Source: Paracoccaceae bacterium
GTDB lineage: Bacteria; Pseudomonadota; Alphaproteobacteria; Rhodobacterales; Rhodobacteraceae
Direction of reading: 5' to 3'
Assembly: GCA_963422275.1 (NCBI GenBank)
Contig: OY729418.1
Location: forward strand, 839,750 to 903,749
DNA: 64,000 nt
Shown: piece by piece, positions 50,327 to 59,369 of the stretch
Numbering within the stretch: the first letter of the stretch is position 1
How the letters are laid out: each line of letters opens with the position of its first letter
The notes under the pieces: generated by a model
What the model was told of the DNA's origin: nothing
Databases searched by the model: none
Seen by the model: the letters and a program-made list of their open reading frames with translations, nothing else
Made by a program: the position numbers and the translations under genes

Positions 50327-51103
50327 TTAGCCGTTTAGGTCGCAGCCAAGGAAATTTCGTCGCTGTTTCTTCGCGGCCTGGAGCACGGAAAACGAGCCAG
50401 CCGCCGGATCGATTACGAAATCGCCCTCGTGGCTCACAGCGGCTATGAGTTCGCCTTGCAGGTCCACTGGCTTCGCGTGTGGATGGTCGCGTTGCGACAC
50501 CTGCTCCTTAATCACGTCCGGAATGTTGTGAACTTTCCAGACGCCTTTCGCCTTGCGCGGCTGCTTTTGCAGGACGACGCAGTATTCCGCCCGCCGACGG
50601 GTGCGGTAGCCCATGCCGAACGTGCCCTTGTCCCACGTCACCAAATCCACAATGTCGAGGCTCGTCCCGTCGAACCACGAGCGCACGCCTTGGCAAAGGT
50701 GGAACTTGTCCACCCACAGGAACAGATGGCCGGAGGGGATCAGGGCGCGGTTTATTTCGCGCACGAAGTTGCCGATCATGTTGTCGCCCATCTGCGCCAA
50801 GGCGCACCGGCGCTTGCCGCGACCCCTGCCTTCGTTCCCGTAAGACAGCTTTTCGAGGACGCCCCGATATTGCGGGTCGAGGAAAGCTACGGGAATGGCT
50901 TTGCTCGGTAGCATGGACAGGAAATCGAGTCCGTCCATTTCGAGCCGGGTGTTTCGCTTAAGCGCACTAGGCAACGGGAAGGGCGGCGTTTGAATGACTC
51001 TTTGGTCCGAGAACACCGCCGTCGTGTTGATAGGCTCTGCAAGCTGTTGGGCATGGCGTGGCACGGTGTTCCTCTCAACCGGCTGTGAGCGTCTTGTGGC
51101 CAA
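50327..51103 (-). CDS. beta-class N6-adenine/N4-cytosine DNA methyltransferase
   Basis: 258-aa ORF. Motif IV (FLDPQY) near the N-terminus and motif I (FVIDPAAGSFSV) near the C-terminus give the beta-class order. It overlaps the transposase 3' end by 29 bp. Confidence 0.85.
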   Translation of the reverse strand: MATRRSQPVERNTVPRHAQQLAEPINTTAVFSDQRVIQTPPFPLPSALKRNTRLEMDGLDFLSMLPSKAIPVAFLDPQYRGVLEKLSYGNEGRGRGKRRCALAQMGDNMIGNFVREINRALIPSGHLFLWVDKFHLCQGVRSWFDGTSLDIVDLVTWDKGTFGMGYRTRRRAEYCVVLQKQPRKAKGVWKVHNIPDVIKEQVSQRDHPHAKPVDLQGELIAAVSHEGDFVIDPAAGSFSVLQAAKKQRRNFLGCDLNG

Positions 51104-51995
51104 TTACGCCACGGGCGTCGCGCAAACTCTGGTCGATGCGGGCCTTGGCGTCGTAATTGCGCCGCTTGCGTCGAATGGCGAACTTGTCCGCATAGAGGCA
51201 CATTTGCTTCTCGGAGAAGTGATGAAAGGTAATCACGCAGTCTTGCTTCAGGAGCGTCCAGAGGGATTCGATCCCATTCATATGGGCCTTCTCGCGGCAA
51301 GCCTTGTGGTCGTCCAGGTAGATCATCGAACCAAGCTTGACCTCGGAAGGCACCGCACCTTGCAGGTGCGCTGCGCCTGTCCCGTCAATCGGATGAACCT
51401 CGATGCGCCCGGACCTGCGCTCGCGCATTCCAATGATCGGCTGCTTACCGAAGATTCCGTGCCCGGCTCGGAGCTTCTTCGAGGCATGCTTGTTCTTCTC
51501 ACACTCACCGATGTACGTCTCGTCAACATCGACTTCGCCGGCCATCGGACCGCTAGTGCCTGACTTGTTCAGCCACATCTCACGGATTTGCTGAGCCAGA
51601 TACCATGTGGTTCTCTGCGTGCACCCGAGACCGCGGGCCATTTGGCAACTTGAGATCGACTTCTTGGCAACGACCATGAGATAGACCGCGCAGAGATGCT
51701 TGCACGGCGACAGGTTAGCCAAATAAAACGCCGCCTGGTCGTGACGAAGAAGTGCTTGCGGCAATCCTTGCAGCGATAGATCTGTCGTTTCCCGTTCTTG
51801 ACCCGGCTGATCCGAACGCTTCCGCAATGCGGGCAGCAAGACTTGCCGCTCCATCGCATCCGCTTGATATGCTCCTGCGCATCCTTGTCTGTCGGGAATC
51901 GCGTTATAGAATCCCAAACGTTTATAATTTCGATCTTGCTGCGCTTCGCTATCTCCCATGGCTAGAAACATAGAGATATTAAACGCTAATGCCAA
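51075..51995 (-). pseudogene. IS1595-family transposase with two frameshifts
   Basis: The Zn-ribbon segment RWSGKSCCPHCGSVRISRVKNGKRQIYRCKDCRKHF lies in a different frame (ORF 51569..51859) from the flanking parts (..FYNAIPD.. and ..AAFYLANLSPCKHLCAVYLMVVAKKSISSCQMARGLG..VDVDETYIG..). Confidence 0.8.
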
Positions 51996-52084
51996 GAGAC
52001 ATAATTTCTTTTTGTTTCATAGTCTTAAGGGGTTTCTAACTTGAAACATACATAATTTCCATTCGAATAGTTGCGCTTTTGCCC

Positions 52085-53116
52085 CTAACCAAATGGAACA
52101 TCCAGCTTCTCATGCTGTTCAACGGCTGCCGCTCCAGTTTCAAGTGTCATGGCAGACTCATGAATTGATGTGTATTGACCGGCTGGACGGTAGCTATACA
52201 AGTATTCGTCAAGAATCGATTCAAGAGCGATCGGATCGATGCCGAAATCCGCGAATGTACCGTCTTCACCTCCCACAACATTGTCCTTGGCCAGTTGGCG
52301 AATTTGGTCAAGAGTCAAGATCTTGTTCTTTATGAGATCTCCGCTCACTGCTTGGCAAAAATCCAGAACCGCGGCCATGGGCCGAACGGCCCCAGCCGGA
52401 AGGCCAAGGACGATCCTGCGGCGCCGAACGATGCGCAGCATGAGGTGCACGAGTTCACGAAACGTCGCCATGTCCGGCCCCCCCAGTTCATAGATGCCGG
52501 GTTCAACCTCGCCGTTCACGGCACTGACGGCAGCGCGCGCCACATCATCTACATAGACGGGCTGGAATCGTGTTTCGGCTCCGACTAGCGGAATAACCAA
52601 GGAGCGACGCGCCATGCTTCCGAACCGGTTGAAGAACTGATCCTCAGCACCAAAAATGACGGATGGCCTCAATATAACCGCATTACTGAAAATTGAGCGT
52701 GCCGCGTCTTCGCCAGCAGCCTTGCTCCTAGCGTATGCACTCGGACTGTTCATGTCCGCACCAATAGCCGAAACATGGACAAGACTCTCGGCTCCCTCCT
52801 CAGCCGCCGCCGCCGCAATGTGCCCCGCTGCCTTGGAATGGACGGAATCAAACTTTTGGCGACGGGTTTCGGCAAGTATTCCAACACAGTTCACCACTGC
52901 ATCGGCGTTGCGGACGGATTCACGAACCGAACTCTCGTAGCGCACGTTTGCCAGAACGGGTTCAACCTGTCCTGGAACTCCGTAGGGGCGCACAAATATT
53001 GCCTCGTTCGGGTTGCGGACAGCCACGCGGACGCGTTCTCCGTCCTTTGCAAGCCTTCGAGCGATGTAGCGACCAAGAAATCCCGATCCGCCGAAAACCA
53101 CAACGATTCTGGACAA
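52085..53116 (-). CDS. NAD(P)-binding epimerase/dehydratase-fold protein, complex I NDUFA9-like
   Basis: Rossmann motif VVVFGGSGFLG. The likely TTG start at 53116 follows GGAGG. The tracked ATG at 53248 adds an implausible 44-aa leader. Confidence 0.75.
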   Translation of the reverse strand: MSRIVVVFGGSGFLGRYIARRLAKDGERVRVAVRNPNEAIFVRPYGVPGQVEPVLANVRYESSVRESVRNADAVVNCVGILAETRRQKFDSVHSKAAGHIAAAAAEEGAESLVHVSAIGADMNSPSAYARSKAAGEDAARSIFSNAVILRPSVIFGAEDQFFNRFGSMARRSLVIPLVGAETRFQPVYVDDVARAAVSAVNGEVEPGIYELGGPDMATFRELVHLMLRIVRRRRIVLGLPAGAVRPMAAVLDFCQAVSGDLIKNKILTLDQIRQLAKDNVVGGEDGTFADFGIDPIALESILDEYLYSYRPAGQYTSIHESAMTLETGAAAVEQHEKLDVPFG

Positions 53117-53326
53117 GTTCGCCTCCAACGAAATGCTGCGCCAAGGTATCGAAAACGAACGTCGCAGGCAACGGGAAATCGAGATGCGTGATCGAAGGAG
53201 AACTGCTGGCCATGGCCCATCGCTCGGCCCGAATGCGGAAAACAGCATTGAGCGAAATCATGTGGCCGACAGGTGGTTGTTTGACACTTGGCGAGGATTG
53301 AACTAAATGATGCGCAGTTGCAGGTT

Positions 53327-53413
53327 GCCCAGATGGCGGAATTGGTAGACGCGCTAGCTTCAGGTGCTAGTGCCTGTATGGGCGTGGAGGTTCGAGTCCT
53401 CTTCTGGGCACCA
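53327..53413 (+). tRNA. tRNA-Leu (anticodon CAG)
   Basis: Folded by hand. The acceptor stem is GCCCAGA/TCTGGGC. The D-arm contains AATTGGTAGA. The anticodon stem is CTAGC/GCTAG with loop TTCAGGT. The variable arm is 15 nt, the T-arm is GGAGG-TTCGAGT-CCTCT, and the CCA end is encoded. Confidence 0.95.
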
Positions 53414-53530
53414 GCAATACACGCCACGAAAATCAAATCCCGTCTGTCCGGTGCATCCAGGTTGCCGCATGACTTGCGGATTACCCCTCTTGGATGAGAC
53501 AAGCGCGTTCAAAGTCGGGCGTTTGGCGAA

Positions 53531-54175
53531 TTGCATCGCGCAAGGCAACAAGGACAATTGAGTTTGCGGACATTCCTGCACCAAAGAGATCTTCCAGACG
53601 GCTTTCAATACGGCCCGGTCGTGGCCATCGACACCGAAACGATGGGACTCAACCACGCTCGGGACAGGCTGTGCCTGGTACAGCTCACATCTGGCGATGG
53701 ACGGACAGATCTGGTCCAGATCATGAGGGGGCAGACCGCTGCGCCAAATCTTGTCAGTCTGCTCTCGGACCCTGACACACTAAAGCTCTTTCACTATGCC
53801 AGATTTGACATAACGGTGCTGCGCGTGACATTCGATGTCATTGTCGCACCAGTCTATTGCACCAAGGTCGCATCCAGACTCGTCCGCACATATTCGGATC
53901 AGCATGGATTGAAGGCAATCGTTCAGGAACTGCTCGGATTCGAAATCAACAAGGAAGAACAGTCGTCTGACTGGGGGGCCAAGCATCTGACCGAAAAGCA
54001 AATTAAGTACGCCGCCAGCGACGTGATTCATTTGCACGCAATCCGCAAAGAGCTGGACCTGAGGCTTGAGCGCGAAGGTCGCGCAGGCCTTGCAAAGGCC
54101 TGTTTCGAATTTCTTCCCTTCAGAGCGGAACTGGACATTGCGGGCTGGGGCAATCAGGACATCTTCAGGCACTGA
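53531..54175 (+). CDS. rnd: short RNase D-like 3'-5' exonuclease (DEDDy)
   Basis: 214-aa ORF with Exo motifs VAIDTETMGL, LFHYARFDI and YAASDVIHL. Confidence 0.8.
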   Translation: MHRARQQGQLSLRTFLHQRDLPDGFQYGPVVAIDTETMGLNHARDRLCLVQLTSGDGRTDLVQIMRGQTAAPNLVSLLSDPDTLKLFHYARFDITVLRVTFDVIVAPVYCTKVASRLVRTYSDQHGLKAIVQELLGFEINKEEQSSDWGAKHLTEKQIKYAASDVIHLHAIRKELDLRLEREGRAGLAKACFEFLPFRAELDIAGWGNQDIFRH

Positions 54176-54181
54176 TCCGAA

Positions 54182-54205
54182 GCACCACCCCAAAGAGGGT
54201 GGTGC
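54182..54205 (+). terminator. stem-loop downstream of rnd
   Basis: GCACCACCC-CAAAGA-GGGTGGTGC is a 9-bp perfect stem starting 7 nt after the stop codon. No T-run follows. Confidence 0.35.
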
Positions 54206-54619
54206 GCGCCAGTTCGCAGACTCCCGAAACGGTTCGGCGGATTCCCAGTCATCCCGACCATACATGGATTGTGCCTGGGTGATTGTGCCTGGGTTTTCGT
54301 TGAAGTTCTGGATTTGCGTGCGTTCGGTTTGGGGTTGTTTCGAGCAGATGCAATGCACCTCTTCCCCGACATTGGCGTACAGAGATGTCTGGTCCGCGCG
54401 CCTTTGAGGCGGAACTGAACTCCAAGGCAGTGGTCTTGAACTTGCTCAAGATCACGAACAACGGGATCCAAAGCCGCTGCTGCACGCACCCGCAGAACCA
54501 GACATGAGGCTGACTTCCAAAACGATCTTGCACCAAGAACACGACTGTTGCGAAATGCGCCCCGGCCCTTGACATGTCGCGCCGAAGGGTTGCAAGCGCT
54601 TGTCATAACGTTCGATTGA

Positions 54620-55140
54620 GGGAGAGATCGATGGATTTCTTCATGACCGTGGTGGATGAGCGCGGCAAGCAGATTTCCACCCACCTGTACGGTCAGGAAA
54701 TCATCACCGAGACCTTGTACCATCTGCAAGGCCGACCTTCTGCTGAAGGGCGAAGGCGAGGTTGCCGACAACATCGTGGGCGAACCGGAACATTCCACGC
54801 TTGCCAACGACGCCTTCCCGTCCCGCAAGTTCGACTTCATGCTGTCCAACCCGCCTTGCGGAAAGACCTGGAAGGCCGATCTGGAGCGAATGGACGGCAA
54901 GAAGGGCATACGCGACCCGCGTTTCCTGATCGAGTATGGGGGTGACCTAGACTTCTCTCTGGTCACACGATCCAGCGACGGACAGATGTTGTTTCTCGCC
55001 AACATGCTCTCGAAGATGAAGCAGGACACCAAACTCGGCAACCGCATCGCCGAGGTCCACAACGGAAGCTCGCTGTTCACCGGCGATGCTGGCCAAGGGG
55101 AGAGCAACATCCGCCGCTGGATCATCGAGAGCGACTGGCC
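54620..55140 (+). pseudogene. hsdM: internal fragment of a type I R-M N6-adenine methyltransferase (HsdM-like)
   Basis: Two frames read ..LYGQEIITETLY.. then ..ICKADLLLKGEGEVADNI..FDFMLSNPPCGKTWKADLERM..SLVTRSSDGQMLFLANMLSKMK..SLFTGDAGQGESNIRRWIIESDW. It is cut on the right by the IS427-like copy. Motif IV reads NPPC instead of NPP(Y/F). Confidence 0.7.
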
Positions 55141-55141
55141 A

Positions 55142-55947
55142 GGTCGTGGACTCATTGATTTTGATCCAGAGGCGGATGCAGGCAAGGGCGATTGCGGCGA
55201 GGAAGTTTCTTGCGAGCTTGTGATGGCGGGTCGCGATGCCTCGGAAGTGCTTGAGCTTGTTGAAGAAGCGTTCGACGAGGTTGCGCTGGCGGTACAGGTG
55301 ATCGGGCACCGAGCGCTGCTCCCGGCGGTCCCGTTGGGTCGGGATGTGGGGGCAAGAGCCATGGTCAGCGACGGTGTCCCGGGCCGGCTCAAGGCCGTCA
55401 AGGAGGGCCGGCACGGCAGCCTTGTCGGAGGCTTGGCCCGGAGTGAGCACGAAGCGGCGCGGCAGGCCAAGGCCGTCGACGACGACGTGGATTTTGGTGC
55501 TCAACCCGCCTCGCGAGCGTCCGATGGCGTGATCCGGACCCCCTTTTTTCCGCCCGCGGCGTGCTGGTGGGCGCACACCACCGAGGCGTCGAGGAAATGA
55601 AGAGACCCCGGCGAGCCCGTCGCCAGCGCCCCGAACAGGCGCTCCCGCACCCCTTGCCTGGCCCCGCGGTTGCAGCGGTTGCAGACTGTCGCATGCGGCC
55701 CGCAGCGTTCCGGAAGGTCGCGCCACGGCGTGCCGGTGCGCAGGATGTGAAAGATCCCGCTGATCGCCCGCCGGTCGTCCACCCGTGGAACGCCCCGCGG
55801 CTTGTCAGGCGGCAACGGCGAGATGATCGCCCATTCCGCATCCGTCAGATCGTGCCGTCCCTGCATCCTCAATCTCCCACTGTTTGGAAGCTTGAATCAC
55901 ATCAGAGCCGGAAAGAAAATCCCTTTTCCCTTTATGAGTACAGGACC
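55142..55947 (-). mobile_element. IS427-group element, copy 3 (most complete; two overlapping ORFs with A-AAA-AAG slippery site)
   Basis: orfA is 55501..55872 and orfB is the in-IS part of 54947..55726. GGAAAAAAGGGGG on the minus strand (55541-55553) gives ..AGGKKG (frame 0) or ..KKGGPDHAIGRSRGG (frame -1). Ends are GGTCGTGGACTCAT / ATGAGTACAGGACC. Confidence 0.85.
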
Positions 55948-56382
55948 TGGCCGTGGAGACGGAAACGGCACTGAAGGCAATGGCGCTTGACCTGCTCAAG
56001 GCGGCCAGCCGGATCGAGCTTGCTGTGACCTGAGAGCCGGAGTCTGTCTGGAACTTGCCCGATGCGGTGCATCGGGGGCTGAAACCGCGCCTTTGGGCGC
56101 CAAGGTCGCTACCGGAAGGCACTGCAGCCACCGCCAAGCGCGCAATTAGCTCCAGACGGCGAAATGCGGAGAAAAGCGCCCGCTTCCGCAACAGTTTTGT
56201 CTTCAAATTAAAGTTCCTGCACGAGTCTCTTGCCTTGCTGGAACATGCCGGAGCGAATGAAAAAGGCGGTGATGACAAGGTGCAACTTCAACATTTGCAA
56301 TTGCGGAAAGCGCAATGGCGGATTATTGTCTGGAAATCAAAACAAGAACAAACGTCATAGGCAGTGAGGCAGTTTCGGGACA

Positions 56383-57357
56383 ATGGCGGAACCGATTCCT
56401 GGTGCATCTCTTTCCATTGGATGTAATGTCATCAGGAAAGAAGCGAATGCGCTCCTCAGGCTAGCAGACGAACTGGATGATTCATTTGTCAAGACGGTCG
56501 ACCTTCTTTCGGAAACAACCGGAAAGGTGGTCGTGTCCGGAATGGGAAAATCCGGGCATGTCGGCAGGAAGATCGCGGCCACGCTGGCCTCGACCGGAAA
56601 GCCGGCCCATTTTGTCCATCCTGCGGAGGCAAGTCACGGTGACTTGGGCATGCTGGCGGCAAACGATGCGGTTATCGTGATCTCGAACTCCGGCGAGACT
56701 CCGGAGTTGGCGAATGTTATCGCTCATGCGAAGCGGTTGATGATTCCGCTGATCGGGATTTCGGGAAAGGCCGATAGTACATTGATGCGGCAGGCAGACA
56801 TAGGGATTTTGCTTCCTGAAGTCGGAGAAGCCTGCGAGAGCGATATCGTACCCACAAACTCCACGACAATGACACTCGCGCTTGGTGACGCGATAGCTGT
56901 TGCCTTGATGGGCAAGCATGGCTTCACCCCGGAATCCTTCCGCGACTACCATCCGGGCGGCAGGCTTGGATCCCGTCTTTCACGCGTCAGGGATCTGATG
57001 CATGAGGGAGCCACGATGCCCTTGATCGACGAAGATGCAAGCATGCCCGAAGCTCTGCTGCTCATGACGCAAAAGGGATTTGGCGTCGCCGGTGTCGTAT
57101 CTGAATCTGTACGCCTTGCGGGCATCATCACGGACGGCGATCTTCGTCGGCATATGGATGGCTTGCTCGGGAACACGGTCTCCGACGTCATGACACGTGA
57201 CCCTTTGACGATTGCTCCTGGAGCTCTCGCAGAAGAGGCCATTGCGCTCATGAATGAGCAAAAGGTAACCTGCCTGTTCGTCGTCGATCCGGAGGGCAAC
57301 GGAGAAGTGACGGGCATTCTGCACATCCATGACTGCCTGAGGGCTGGGGTTCTCTAG
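56383..57357 (+). CDS. kdsD: arabinose-5-phosphate isomerase (KpsF/GutQ family: SIS domain plus two CBS domains)
   Basis: 324-aa ORF with the SIS motif VVVSGMGKSGHVGRKIAATLASTG and tandem C-terminal CBS domains. Confidence 0.9.
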   Translation: MAEPIPGASLSIGCNVIRKEANALLRLADELDDSFVKTVDLLSETTGKVVVSGMGKSGHVGRKIAATLASTGKPAHFVHPAEASHGDLGMLAANDAVIVISNSGETPELANVIAHAKRLMIPLIGISGKADSTLMRQADIGILLPEVGEACESDIVPTNSTTMTLALGDAIAVALMGKHGFTPESFRDYHPGGRLGSRLSRVRDLMHEGATMPLIDEDASMPEALLLMTQKGFGVAGVVSESVRLAGIITDGDLRRHMDGLLGNTVSDVMTRDPLTIAPGALAEEAIALMNEQKVTCLFVVDPEGNGEVTGILHIHDCLRAGVL

Positions 57358-57362
57358 CGGTC

Positions 57363-58019
57363 ATGGCACAGATTGATCGATACTCGCTGTTTGTATCGAG
57401 AGCCCGATTTGCGCTGGTGTCCATAGCAGTGATTCTGCTCGCTGCACTTGTATACTTCATTGATCCGCTGCCGCCGCAGACTAGTGGCAGCACGGAACCA
57501 AACTGTCCAATCATAGGGTTCAATTTTGAAAGTGCCGCCCGCGGCAACACGACAATTGCGATCAAGGCCGAGTGCGTACAGTACAATAACGCCAACAAAA
57601 GCAAAATCCCGCTATCAAAGCCGACAATTGTTCTAAGCGATGGCGAGTTCCTGCATCAGCTTACCGCTCCAACTGCCACTGTATTTCTTGACGAAAAGAA
57701 ATTGAAAATGAAGAGTGCCTCGATGTCTGGATACAGTGGCGCCATCACATTGTGGGCAGAAAGCTTTGCGGCCGAATTCAAGGACCTTATCACCGTGGAC
57801 GGGGAAGAAATCAATTTCGTCTTCGAAGGCGGTAGCGGCTGCGCCAGGAAATTTCGTGTGGAGCTGCAGGAAGCCTCCAACGGGACAACCCCAAGCGGCT
57901 TGTTCGAGTTTCGCGATGGCGTGAGACTGACATATGATACAGTGAGTCGGGGAAGGGACTTCGCAAGCGACCACGAAGCCGACGTGGAACCGGAGGCGGC
58001 CTGCCTTGACAAAATTTGA
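57363..58019 (+). CDS. lptC: LptC-like membrane-anchored LPS export protein
   Basis: 218-aa ORF with an N-terminal TM anchor (FALVSIAVILLAALVYF) and a beta-rich periplasmic part. It occupies the position between kdsD and lptA. Confidence 0.55.
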   Translation: MAQIDRYSLFVSRARFALVSIAVILLAALVYFIDPLPPQTSGSTEPNCPIIGFNFESAARGNTTIAIKAECVQYNNANKSKIPLSKPTIVLSDGEFLHQLTAPTATVFLDEKKLKMKSASMSGYSGAITLWAESFAAEFKDLITVDGEEINFVFEGGSGCARKFRVELQEASNGTTPSGLFEFRDGVRLTYDTVSRGRDFASDHEADVEPEAACLDKI

Positions 58020-58790
58020 TCACAGCGCACCGGAGGAATGCGCCCGAGTTGACTATTGGCTGTGCTGCAGGTTGCCCTGAATTGGAATCGGGGACAGGGC
58101 CGGATTGATTTCTTCGCGTCAAAGATTGCCGGGCGCACTGTATCAGACAGCGCGCCTCGCGAGGGACGCCATGAAAGACTGGCGACGTATGGTACGGAAC
58201 CCCGGTTTAGCGTGCGCCGGGAACCAAGAAGCCGTCGAAAAAACGGTCTTGCCATAGAATGTTTCTGCATTAGGTTGCAGTGCGAGAGGCGCCGCTCGAT
58301 TGAGGAGCGGCAGAAGCAAGTACATAGTTTAGATGGTCTCGCGCAGGAGAATGCTGTTGTCATCGCAACATTCGATATCAAGACAAAACACGCGAATGGC
58401 ACAAAGCGGCTCGGACAGTTGTCCAGACAGCAGATGGGCAATGCCAGTGGGGGCGCATGAAGTCTTTGAGGCAGCAGTGCGGGCTAATTGCGGTCTGGAT
58501 GTGGAAGTCGCCCCGAACCCACTCCTCTTTAGACCAGTCGAGCGCCGCGGTGATCGGGGAGAGCCACTTGACACTGTCTTCACCGTTCGCTCTCGGCAAG
58601 CAAGGCGCCAAACGACAGCTAGCGCTCCTTGTGATGCAAGTCCGGCAGTGGTGTGCTGATCAGAGCTTTAAAGGTCGTGCCACATTCCCTGCACTGGCAG
58701 CGGCGCAGGATTCGCGTCTTTCCGAGCGGCAAGCCCGCCGAAAATCCACGGAACTGAGCAGCAATTGGGTTGACGCATCCCGAATTCTTC
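58020..58790 (-). pseudogene. decayed IS1595/ISXO2-like transposase remnant between lptC and lptA
   Basis: Minus-strand frames read ..RILRRCQCRECGTTFKALISTPLPDLHHKER (Zn-ribbon), ..LQPNAETFYGK (compare ..ADETFF..) and ..RRTLNRGSVPYVASLSWRPSRGALSDTV (compare ..KRGLS.EQ..VL.A.DR.G...D.V). They are separated by stops and frameshifts. Confidence 0.4.
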
Positions 58791-58880
58791 CTGCTGCAAT
58801 GCTCATTGATGTGGTTTCATTGTTGAGGGCGATGCCTTATATCAGCATCAGCGTCAGATACTCACAAGGAGTTACCAAAA

Positions 58881-59342
58881 ATGTTCAAATTCATGCAGAT
58901 TTCGCTCGCAGTTCTTTTGTCCGCCTCGGCCGCAATTTCCGAGGATAGTCAAGCCAAGATGATTCTTGGCGCTGGAGAGGATGGATCGGACCCGATCGAA
59001 GTCACAGCCAACACCGCAAGTTTCAGCTCCAAGAACAACGTTACAATGTTTTCGGGCGGTGTCTCCGTAGTTCAAGGAACTATAGAGCTGTTCGCAGATC
59101 AAGTGATTGTGCAGGGCACTTCCGAAGACGCCTTGGAAATGGTTAGAGTCGATTTCCTGAACAATGTGCGGCTCCAGACCGGCATAGGATTCGCGACCGC
59201 CGATTCGGGCTCGTATGAATTTAGCGAAGATTTAATAAAGCTTACTGGGAATGTTGTTTTGGGAGCCCACGACGAGGATGCCACGGCCACCGGAGAGGTA
59301 TTGCTCTACAATTTCGAGAGTGGCACGGTGTCCTTAGACTAA
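58881..59342 (+). CDS. lptA: LptA (OstA-like periplasmic LPS transport protein)
   Basis: 153-aa ORF with a signal peptide (MFKFMQISLAVLLSASAAIS) and OstA-N beta-jellyroll-like repeats (..ANTASFSSKNNVTMFSGGVSVVQG..ADQVIV..). Confidence 0.7.
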   Translation: MFKFMQISLAVLLSASAAISEDSQAKMILGAGEDGSDPIEVTANTASFSSKNNVTMFSGGVSVVQGTIELFADQVIVQGTSEDALEMVRVDFLNNVRLQTGIGFATADSGSYEFSEDLIKLTGNVVLGAHDEDATATGEVLLYNFESGTVSLD

Positions 59343-59369
59343 AGCAGATGGAGCGACGGCTCTGAGTGG

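Larger units (their letters stand above)
49628..52068 (-). mobile_element. IS1595-family element carrying a type II R-M gene pair as cargo (transposase decayed)
   Basis: Imperfect inverted repeats: ATTCGAATGGGAATTATATACGGGTTC at 49628 and the reverse complement of 52042-52068, ATTCGAATGGAAATTATGTATGTTTCA. The first 10/10 positions match and about 20/25 overall. They bracket exactly tnp-M-R, all on the minus strand. Confidence 0.6.
54544..56195 (+). mobile_element. chimeric IS5-family 'type B' element: genuine 5' and 3' ends enclosing an hsdM fragment and an IS427-like insertion
   Basis: The left end ACTGTTGCGAAATGCGCC and ..GGTTGCAAGCGCTTGTCATAACGTTCGATTGAGGGAGAGATCGATGGATTTCTTC match 21593-21645. 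The right part 55975-56195 matches 22330-22570 and ends CGCAACAGT. Confidence 0.55.

Noticed and set aside
53327-54560. tRNA-Leu as the attachment site of a genomic island
   Set aside because: No integrase gene is nearby, and I could find no direct repeat of the tRNA 3' end. The gene following the tRNA is a housekeeping-type RNase D. The nearby mobile DNA is explained by IS elements.
54154-55470. 438-aa minus-strand ORF spanning the hsdM fragment and an IS
   Set aside because: It runs antisense through the hsdM fragment, crosses mobile-element boundaries and is low-complexity (Ser/Pro/Ala-rich). Only its IS-internal portion (the orfB frame of the IS427-like copy) is meaningful.
57656-58441. 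261-aa minus-strand ORF
   Set aside because: Its 3' two-thirds is antisense to lptC. Only the part inside the 58020-58441 gap overlaps the decayed transposase frames, and that is reported separately.
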